From positions 320,001 through 384,000 of the forward strand of contig CAVPLM010000005.1 of assembly GCA_963706025.1 (NCBI GenBank): a stretch of 64,000 nt of DNA. The letters run 5' to 3'. The translations under genes and the position numbers were made by a program. The stretch comes from an uncultured Actinomycetes bacterium. Lineage in GTDB: Bacteria; Actinomycetota; Thermoleophilia; RBG-16-64-13. Under the pieces are notes generated by a model, which did no database searches, was not told the DNA's origin, and saw nothing but the letters and a program-made list of their open reading frames with translations. Positions 41,230 to 48,202 of this stretch are shown piece by piece. The first letter of the stretch is position 1. Each line of letters begins with the position of its first letter.

Positions 41230-42294
41230 ATGGACATGGCTGAGATTCTGAAGGAAGTGGTGAACAGGAAGGCGTCCGATCTCCATCTGGCGGTGGGGGT
41301 ACCGCCGGTCGTACGGATCGACGGACATCTGCAGAGCCTGGACTATCCGGCGCTCGAGGCCAGCGAGGCTCGAGAACTGATCTACAGCATTCTCTCTCAG
41401 GATCAGCGCCAGAGACTGGAGACCGACTGGGAAGTGGATTTCTCCTACTCGCTCTACGGGCACGCGCGTTTCCGCGTCAACGCCCATTTCCAGCGAGGGA
41501 CAGTGGGGGGGGCCTTCAGGCTGGTGCCGACCGGGATCAAGACCATCGAAGAGCTGGGATTGCCCAAGGTCATTCACTCTTTCTGTCATAAGCCGCGGGG
41601 GTTCGTGCTGGTCACCGGTCCCACGGGTTCGGGTAAGTCGACCACTTTGGCGGCCATCATCGATGAGATAAACGGCGCCCGTGCCGATCACATAGTGACC
41701 ATCGAAGATCCCATCGAGTTCCTGCACAGTCACAAGCGTTGCGTGGTCATCCAGAGGGAAGTGGGCAACGATACGAAGGCCTTCCCGATTGCCCTCCGCT
41801 CCGCCCTGCGGCAGGATCCCGACATCATCCTCATCGGGGAGATGAGGGACCTCGAGACCATCCAGATCGCTCTCACGGCGGCAGAGACCGGACACCTCGT
41901 GTTCGCGACGCTGCACACGCAGGACTGTCCCCAGACCATCGACCGCATGGTCGACGTCTTCCCTCCGCACCAGCAGGAGCAGATCCGGGTGCAGATAGCA
42001 GCGACCCTAGAGGGCATCGTGACGCAGCAGTTGCTGCCCAAGGCCTCCCGGGAGGGGAGGGTGGCTGCCTGCGAGGTGTTGATAGCCACACCCGCCTGCC
42101 GGAACCTCATCCGAGAGGGCAAGACCCATCAGCTCTATACCGTCATGCAGACGGGGGGCCCGCAGGGGATGCAGACGATGAACACGTCCCTGGCCGATCT
42201 GGTCCGCAGGGGTCAGATAACCAGAGATCTTGCGATCCGGCGTTCATCGGTCCCGGATGAACTCGAGAGACTGCTGCTGGCCGGCGCAGCTTGA
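41230..42294 (+). CDS. pilT: Type IV pilus retraction ATPase
   Basis: ASDLHL, GPTGSGKS, EDPIE, ACRNLIRE (AIRNLIRE motif), GMQTM. Confidence 0.95.
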   Translation: MDMAEILKEVVNRKASDLHLAVGVPPVVRIDGHLQSLDYPALEASEARELIYSILSQDQRQRLETDWEVDFSYSLYGHARFRVNAHFQRGTVGGAFRLVPTGIKTIEELGLPKVIHSFCHKPRGFVLVTGPTGSGKSTTLAAIIDEINGARADHIVTIEDPIEFLHSHKRCVVIQREVGNDTKAFPIALRSALRQDPDIILIGEMRDLETIQIALTAAETGHLVFATLHTQDCPQTIDRMVDVFPPHQQEQIRVQIAATLEGIVTQQLLPKASREGRVAACEVLIATPACRNLIREGKTHQLYTVMQTGGPQGMQTMNTSLADLVRRGQITRDLAIRRSSVPDELERLLLAGAA

Positions 42295-42360
42295 GCAATG
42301 CTTCACAAGTGAGCGATGGGCACCAGCGGAGCGGGGGAGGCTCGTCGTGCGATACCGACT

Positions 42361-42387
42361 TGAGAGTTTGGCGCGAATAGCCGATAG
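42361..42387 (+). promoter_or_regulatory. Putative sigma-28/WhiG-type promoter upstream of pilC
   Basis: TGAGAGTT-N11-GCCGATAG versus sigma-28 consensus TAAAGTTT-N11-GCCGATAA. Confidence 0.5.
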
Positions 42388-42441
42388 AACGAGTGAGAAG
42401 CCAGCAGGCTGACACAGACACCAACGGAGGAGCGGGGCGGC

Positions 42442-43656
42442 GTGGCAACCTACATCTACACAGCCAGGAAGGATCGGGCCGGTTCGTTTTCGGGCGAAGT
42501 GACCGGCGATTCTAAGTCCGCGGTAGTCGCCGAACTGCGACGCAAGGGCTTGACGGTGCTCCGTCTGGAGGAAAAACGGAGCCTGCCGAATATCTCCGAG
42601 CTCTTCGAAAGCTCGATGCGCATCAAGACCCGGGACAAAGCGGTCTTTGCGCGTCAGTTCGCGACCATGATCAACTCGGGGCTCGCGGTACTGCGGGCCT
42701 TGTATGTGCTCGAAGAGCAGACGGGCAATGCCCGTTTCAAGAAGATAATCAAGGCGGTGCAAGAGGATGTCGAGGCGGGCATGCCGCTTTCGGATGCCAT
42801 GAGCAAGCACCCGGCGGCCTTTGACCGTCTCTACGTGTCCATGGTCAGAGCCGGCGAGGCCGGCGGCGCTCTCGACGAGACGTTGATGCGGCTGGCCAAC
42901 CAACTGGAGAAGGACGACAGTCTCCGCCGGGCTGTCAAGTCCGCCATGACCTATCCCATCGTGATAGCGGCGTTCGCGATCATGGTCATGATGGGCATGC
43001 TGCTGTTCATCATCCCTATCTTCGCGAACATGTACAAGGATCTGGGGGGCGAGCTACCGTCGTTGACCCGCATGATGATGGACATCAGCGGCGTGCTCAA
43101 AGGCTATTGGTTCATAGTGTTCCCAGCTCTCATCCTCATGATCTGGGCTCTTGTGCGGCTCAAGAACACCGAGCAGGGCCGACGAGGCTGGGACCGGCTG
43201 AAGCTCAAACTCCCCATGAAAGTGGGGCCGGTCATACAGAAGATCGCCGTGGCCCGCTTCAGTCGGACCCTGGCCACGCTGGTGAGCTCCGGCGTTCCTA
43301 TCCTGCAGGCGATCGAGATCACAGGGAAGACCTCCGGTAACAGCGTGATCGAGGAGTCGATGGTGGACGTCAAGGAAAGCGTGCGCAGCGGTGAATCGAT
43401 CGCGCGGCCACTGGCTCGCGCATCCGTATTCCCCCCGATGGTCACTCAGATGATCTCCATCGGGGAAGAGACCGGGGCACTCGACTCCATGCTCAACAAG
43501 ATCGCCGACTTCTACGAAGACGAGGTCGACGCCGCGGTGAAGGCGCTGACCTCCATCATCGAGCCGATCATGATGGTCTTCGTGGGCGGACTCGTGGGTC
43601 TGATCGTCATCTCCATGTATCTGCCTATGTTCAACATGATGAATCTGGTCAAGTAG
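42442..43656 (+). CDS. pilC: Type IV pilus platform protein (GspF family)
   Basis: RQFATMINSG, AGEAGG, AMTYP, GEETG, SIIEP, MYLPMF. Confidence 0.95.
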   Translation: MATYIYTARKDRAGSFSGEVTGDSKSAVVAELRRKGLTVLRLEEKRSLPNISELFESSMRIKTRDKAVFARQFATMINSGLAVLRALYVLEEQTGNARFKKIIKAVQEDVEAGMPLSDAMSKHPAAFDRLYVSMVRAGEAGGALDETLMRLANQLEKDDSLRRAVKSAMTYPIVIAAFAIMVMMGMLLFIIPIFANMYKDLGGELPSLTRMMMDISGVLKGYWFIVFPALILMIWALVRLKNTEQGRRGWDRLKLKLPMKVGPVIQKIAVARFSRTLATLVSSGVPILQAIEITGKTSGNSVIEESMVDVKESVRSGESIARPLARASVFPPMVTQMISIGEETGALDSMLNKIADFYEDEVDAAVKALTSIIEPIMMVFVGGLVGLIVISMYLPMFNMMNLVK

Positions 43657-43721
43657 GGAATGGGGCCGGGCATTCGGCGACGAGGCCATCGGCGCCCATC
43701 CCGCAGCTGAGCTGGCTCAAG

Positions 43722-43764
43722 AACTCCGCCGTCGGCCGTGAGGGCCGCCGGCGGAGTTTCCTTT
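43722..43764 (+). terminator. Terminator of the pil operon
   Basis: AACTCCGCCG-T-CGGCC-GTGAG-GGCCG-C-CGGCGGAGTT then TCCTTT. Confidence 0.7.
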
Positions 43765-43796
43765 GTGCGACCCGTTGTGTGGAGCGTCCATTCGTA

Positions 43797-43824
43797 ATGC
43801 ACGATAATGTGCATTATGTAAAGC
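43797..43824. other. dif: dif site (XerCD chromosome dimer resolution)
   Basis: ATGCACGATAA-TGTGCA-TTATGTAAAGC has the 11-6-11 layout with ATAA/TTATGT cores. It lies in an AT-rich gap exactly where gene orientation converges. Confidence 0.85.
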
Positions 43825-43981
43825 TAATAAGAACGATGCGCTCTGGCATGCCTTTGAAATACCGGACTCTACCAGGCGTTCGGCCCGCTCCCACCCCATG
43901 AATCTCGGCCGGCGCGAGTAGATGTTTGCCCGCCCCACAGCGTGCGGCCGCAGATCAGCCGCCGGCCGCCTTCAGTCCAAG

Positions 43982-44501
43982 TTAGACGTCGTACTGCAGC
44001 AGACTGATGACGTCATAACCCGCGAGCTTGTCTCTTCCGTGTAGCTCGGTGAGCTCTATGATGAACGCCAACCCGGCCACGATCCCCGCCGGCCCGTTCC
44101 ACCAGCTGTATCTTGGCCCAGGCCGTACCCCCCGTGGCCAGCAGGTCGTCGTGGATCAGGACCCTCTGTCCCGGTTTGATGGCGTCGGCATGCATCTCCA
44201 GCACATCTGTGCCGTACTCGAGGTCGTATTCGCAGCGGCTGACCGTCCACGGGAGCTTCCCCGGTTTGCGCGCTGCGGCGAAACCTACACCCAACGCGTA
44301 GGCCAAAGCAGCCCCGAGAATGAAACCCCTGGCCTCCGCGCCGAGCACGAGATCGACATGCTTGCCCCGCCCGTAGTCGGCCAGTCGGTCTACCGCGTAG
44401 CGCAAGGCCTCAGGATCTTGAAGCATTGGCATGATGTCGTGGAAGAGGATCCCCTCCTTGGGAAACCCGGGAATATGGCGGATGAACCTGTCGAGTTCCA
44501 T
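43982..44501 (-). CDS. apt: Adenine phosphoribosyltransferase (apparent extra base in C4 run 44084-44087)
   Basis: [35 protein letters not shown]. Corrected C-terminus [11 protein letters not shown]...[12 protein letters not shown]. Confidence 0.94.
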
Positions 44502-44625
44502 GTGTCTCCTTGCCAAGAAGCGCTGTCAAGACGTGCTGTATAGACGTGCCGCTGAAGCATGCCGAAGCGAAGATGCTGCCTGAGAGAAAGCCTCGGTATC
44601 ACGCGCGCTCGCTCGCAGGATACCC

Positions 44626-45369
44626 TCAAAGGAGATCTCGGAGCTCCTTGAAGAGAAGGAGGTGAAGCAGTTGGGAAAGCAGGGCTCCCAGGTCCTCGAG
44701 CATCCTCTCCCCATACTCTCTTCTGTCCGGGTGGGTGGAGCGCAGGCCGGGAGTAGCGACCTGCTCGAGGAGCGCGGCCTCTCTCTCCACCGAGGAGCTT
44801 AGGAGCCGGAGATTGCGCGGCTCCAGCCCGTAGCGAGCCAACAGGTTACAGATGCGGGCGATCTCAAGGTCGCTGTCGGTCAGAACGGCTCCGGACTGCG
44901 GCGCCGGCCGGTGAATGAGGCGGTACTCGGCCAAAATGCGCAGGAACTGCTCGTCGACGCCCGCGGCTTCGCACGCCTCTTCCCAGGTATAGACGGGCTC
45001 TTCACGCTTGAGCGACGGGCTGCCCCCCCGAGGGGCGGCGGCAGAAGACAGAGGCCGCCCAAGGACAGACGCCGTTCCCCGGTCAAGGCGCTCTCGAATG
45101 ATCTCGAGAGGAAGGTACTCGTCGCGTTGAAGAGCGAGTACTGTGCGCAAACGTCTGACGTCCGAGGCGCTGTACTTCCGGTATCCCCCAGGAGTCCTGA
45201 CCGGTGACAAGAGCCCGCGATCCTCAAGATAGCGGACCTTCGTGATACTGAGATCGGCAAACTCATTCTGCAATTGCTCCACCACTTGACCGATCGTCAG
45301 AAGCCGCTCGGGCTGAGGCTTCGCGCCGGCCGGCTTGTCCGTAGCTGAGGTCCGGACGGGTCTGTTCAT
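44626..45369 (-). CDS. MerR-family regulator, FtsR/Rv1828-like
   Basis: LTIGQV...LSITKVRYLEDRGLLSPVRTPGGYRKY, QRDEYLPL, YGLEPRNLR. Downstream of the FHA gene. Confidence 0.85.
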   Translation of the reverse strand: MNRPVRTSATDKPAGAKPQPERLLTIGQVVEQLQNEFADLSITKVRYLEDRGLLSPVRTPGGYRKYSASDVRRLRTVLALQRDEYLPLEIIRERLDRGTASVLGRPLSSAAAPRGGSPSLKREEPVYTWEEACEAAGVDEQFLRILAEYRLIHRPAPQSGAVLTDSDLEIARICNLLARYGLEPRNLRLLSSSVEREAALLEQVATPGLRSTHPDRREYGERMLEDLGALLSQLLHLLLFKELRDLL

Positions 45370-45854
45370 GACTCAGCCCCTTCTGCACCGGTGGGCTCGA
45401 GAAAGGCCAGCTTGAATTTGCCGATCTGTAGCTCGTCGCCGTCAGACATCCGGTGCCGCTCTATCCGTTTGCGATTAACGTATGTGCCGTTGAGGCTGTT
45501 CAAGTCTTCGATCAGATAGCCGTTTTCATCCCGTATCAACCGCGCGTGGTGGCGGGACACCGTCACATCGTCGAGAAACAGGTCGCTGTGCGGGCTGCGG
45601 CCGATAGTGAGAACATCGCTGTCGAACGATATGGTCTCCCCTTCCCTCCCGCCTCCCGTGCGGATGAGAAGAACGGTGTCTTCGCGAGGCCTACTGCGCT
45701 CACCGGCGTCCAGCTCGGTCTCCTCCCGCTCACTGGCCGCATAGGCGATCGTCGTTTCGGACAGGTCGATCGGCGTCAGGCGACTACCGCACCGTCGACA
45801 GAAGATTGAGTCCTCGGTGTTGTGAAAGCCGCACGCGGGACAATCCATCACCAA
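45366..45854 (-). CDS. Zinc-ribbon + FHA protein (GarA/OdhI-like)
   Basis: CPAC...CRRC, ETT phospho-motif, IGRSP, LDDVTVSRHHA, SLNGTYVN, QIGKFKL. Confidence 0.9.
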   Translation of the reverse strand: MVMDCPACGFHNTEDSIFCRRCGSRLTPIDLSETTIAYAASEREETELDAGERSRPREDTVLLIRTGGGREGETISFDSDVLTIGRSPHSDLFLDDVTVSRHHARLIRDENGYLIEDLNSLNGTYVNRKRIERHRMSDGDELQIGKFKLAFLEPTGAEGAES

Positions 45855-45868
45855 GCCGTGTCCACCTT

Positions 45869-46165
45869 TCAGTCCGAATCGGAGTTCTCGGTGTCGGAAC
45901 CGGTCACCGCACTGTAGCCGGAGAACTGACGCTTGATCTGCTCCTCGATGGCCTTGAGGACCACGGCGTTCTGTAGGATGTCTGTGCGGGTGACTTCGCT
46001 GGTGTGAGCGACGATCTCAGGATCATTCATGATGTCGTCGACATGTCGGCCGAGTCCCAACTGCTTCACCGTATAGCGTATCAACCGCTCTTGTCTAACG
46101 TCGACGGAGAGGTCGCGGAATCGCTTGGGAATGCCGCGGACAGCCGGGCCCACCTGGTCTGCCAT
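45869..46165 (-). CDS. Hypothetical protein, 98 aa
   Basis: Tightly packed in the operon, 6 nt after the rsiG stop. Confidence 0.7.
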   Translation of the reverse strand: MADQVGPAVRGIPKRFRDLSVDVRQERLIRYTVKQLGLGRHVDDIMNDPEIVAHTSEVTRTDILQNAVVLKAIEEQIKRQFSGYSAVTGSDTENSDSD

Positions 46166-46171
46166 CGCCGA

Positions 46172-46459
46172 TCAACCCTCCCCTGAGGGGGTCTTTTTCG
46201 GCGGACGCCGGCTCAACACGTCTGTGAGGGCGTCCACTCCGGCGTCGCTCACGAGATCGGACCCACCCTGGTGCTTGTCGCGGAGTCGTCTTTGAGTCTC
46301 GGCTCTCAGAATATCGATCTGCCCATGAAGCAGGTGTCTCCGCTTCGAGAGCTCGTTTTCCTCTTCGGACAGGCGGCGGCTAAGCTCCTTCAGTTCATCG
46401 TCGGTGTATGCCTGAATATTGACCAGATAGTCAAAGGAGATGTCGTCCAATGCTTCCAC
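46172..46459 (-). CDS. rsiG: Single-motif RsiG (AmfC) c-di-GMP-binding anti-sigma factor
   Basis: E34-x3-S38-x2-R41-x3-H45-x3-D49 (EENELSKRRHLLHGQIDILRAE) in a coiled coil. Confidence 0.8.
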   Translation of the reverse strand: MEALDDISFDYLVNIQAYTDDELKELSRRLSEEENELSKRRHLLHGQIDILRAETQRRLRDKHQGGSDLVSDAGVDALTDVLSRRPPKKTPSGEG

Positions 46460-46465
46460 GCTTTC

Positions 46466-46508
46466 ACTATAACGCCTGGATAATCAACCTTCAACCTTAA
46501 GTGGAGGT
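46466..46508 (-). promoter_or_regulatory. Leaderless sigma-A promoter with MerR/FtsR-like inverted repeat over the -35
   Basis: Minus strand TTGAAG-N17-TATAGT-N6-GTG. ACCTTCA-N8-TGGAGGT at 46487-46508. Confidence 0.65.
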
Positions 46509-46579
46509 GCGGCTCTCCCACCCTCTCTGATGTGGGTCGCGCTCCAGAATGGAGCTCAAGTCGAGGATGAGAGCTCCCC

Positions 46580-46963
46580 CTACTCCTCTTCGGCGATCAG
46601 GTCCTCGTACTCCTCGGCCGTCATCAGGTCATCGACCTCGCCGGGATCGCTGAGGCGTACCTTGATTAACCATCCGTTCTCGAATGGGCTCTCATTGATC
46701 AACTCGGGTGCGTCGACGACCTCCTCGTTGGTCTCCACTACCGAGCCGCTCAGCGGGGCGTACACGTCGGACACTGCCTTGACCGACTCGACCTCGGCGT
46801 AGGGCGTTCCGGCGGTAACGTCCACGCCTACCTCGGGGAGCTCGATGAAGACGATGTCACCGAGGGTTTCCTGGGCGTAGTCGGTGAGGCCAAAAACGGC
46901 CATATCACCGTCTACCCGGGCCCAGTCGTGCTCCCTGTGGTACCTGAGGTTCTTAGGGTTCAC
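46580..46963 (-). CDS. gcvH: Glycine cleavage system H protein
   Basis: GLTDYAQETLGD, VESVKAVSD (lipoyl Lys), NESPFENGW. Confidence 0.95.
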   Translation of the reverse strand: MNPKNLRYHREHDWARVDGDMAVFGLTDYAQETLGDIVFIELPEVGVDVTAGTPYAEVESVKAVSDVYAPLSGSVVETNEEVVDAPELINESPFENGWLIKVRLSDPGEVDDLMTAEEYEDLIAEEE

Positions 46964-47103
46964 ATGCGCTCCTTTCTCGCCATAATCGGCTGGCGGTCAT
47001 GATAACACAGGGATTTTCTTGCTCATTGTCGAGAGGAGCGCCCGTCACTGACCGCCGGACTGTATAATCCGAACTTGGACGCCCGAATCAAGGGAGGTCG
47101 TGC

Positions 47104-47598
47104 GTGGCACGTCGTAAGGGCCTCGTCATCAGCGATGAACAGATGCGCCTGGTAGACAGCATACTCGCCAAACTGCAGCGCGTCTCTGGATCCACGTTCG
47201 TTGCCATCGTATCGACGAGCGGCCAACCCATAACCACCTCTCCCGCGGATACACACTCCGATACCCTTTCGTTGGCAGCGCTGGCCGCCGGCTCGTTCGC
47301 GGCCACCCGCCAGTTGGCCCAGGCGCTCAACGAACGCGAGTTCACCCTCTTATTCCACGAGGGCCGAGAATCCAATCTTCATGTGGTGCAGGTGACCGAT
47401 CAGGTGCTTCTTTTGGTGACTTTTGGCAAAGGGACGCAAGTAGGGAGGGTCCGGCTCTACACGAGCAGAGCGCTGGCGGTACTCAAGCCCGTATTCGAAG
47501 GTGCCGAAGATACCGGTGGGAACGCGGTGATAATCGACGGCGAATACTCTTCGGAGGCGGGCAAGGCCATCGACGGCCTCTTCCCCGACCCGGACTGA
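47104..47598 (+). CDS. mglB: Roadblock/LC7 protein, MglB-like
   Basis: SLAALAAG, EFTLLFHEG, GRVRL, C-terminal IDGLF helix. GGGAGG RBS and TATAAT at 47063. Confidence 0.85.
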   Translation: MARRKGLVISDEQMRLVDSILAKLQRVSGSTFVAIVSTSGQPITTSPADTHSDTLSLAALAAGSFAATRQLAQALNEREFTLLFHEGRESNLHVVQVTDQVLLLVTFGKGTQVGRVRLYTSRALAVLKPVFEGAEDTGGNAVIIDGEYSSEAGKAIDGLFPDPD

Positions 47599-47617
47599 CT
47601 TTGGCAAGGGGCGGCGC

Positions 47618-48202
47618 GTGGCACTGATCAATCTGGCTGCACGTGAGATCAACTACAAGATCGTCTATTACGGCTGCGGTCTGTGTGGCAAGACCACCAA
47701 TATCCAGTACATCCACCGACGGGTGAACCCGGCCGCCCGGGGCCGGTTGGTGAGCATCGCCACTGAGGAAGAAAGGACCCTGTACTTCGACTTCCTGCCG
47801 TTGTCGCTAGGAACGGTCCAAGGGTTGCGAACGAGATTCCATCTCTATACCGTCCCAGGGCAGTCGTTCTACAACGCGTCACGGAAGCTCGTTCTCCAGG
47901 GTGTTGACGGGGTAGTGTTCGTGGCCGACAGCCAGGTCTCCCGGCTGGACGAGAACGTCGATAGCTACCTCAATCTGTGGGACAACTTGATGTCCCAGGG
48001 AGACGATCTGAGCAAACTGGGCATGGTCTTGCAGATGAACAAACGTGACCTCAGCGCCATATTCTCGGTGACCGATCTCAACGAGTTGCTCAACCATACC
48101 GACTGCCCGGTGGTCGAGGCTTGCGCCCTCACAGGGGCAGGGGTGTTCGAGACTCTCAAGACCGCCTGCAAGCAGACCATCGCCAAGAGCTCTCAGTTCT
48201 GA
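47618..48202 (+). CDS. mglA: Small Ras-like GTPase MglA
   Basis: [15 protein letters not shown], [21 protein letters not shown]. Confidence 0.92.
   Translation: MALINLAAREINYKIVYYGCGLCGKTTNIQYIHRRVNPAARGRLVSIATEEERTLYFDFLPLSLGTVQGLRTRFHLYTVPGQSFYNASRKLVLQGVDGVVFVADSQVSRLDENVDSYLNLWDNLMSQGDDLSKLGMVLQMNKRDLSAIFSVTDLNELLNHTDCPVVEACALTGAGVFETLKTACKQTIAKSSQF

Noticed and set aside
43795-43816. Palindrome as an orphan transcription factor operator or sRNA promoter
   Set aside because: No downstream gene in a convergent gap, and better explained as part of dif
46580-46963. Orphan gcvH as a novel lipoyl relay
   Set aside because: gcvH beside FHA/MerR genes is a common actinobacterial arrangement, and gcvT/P may lie elsewhere
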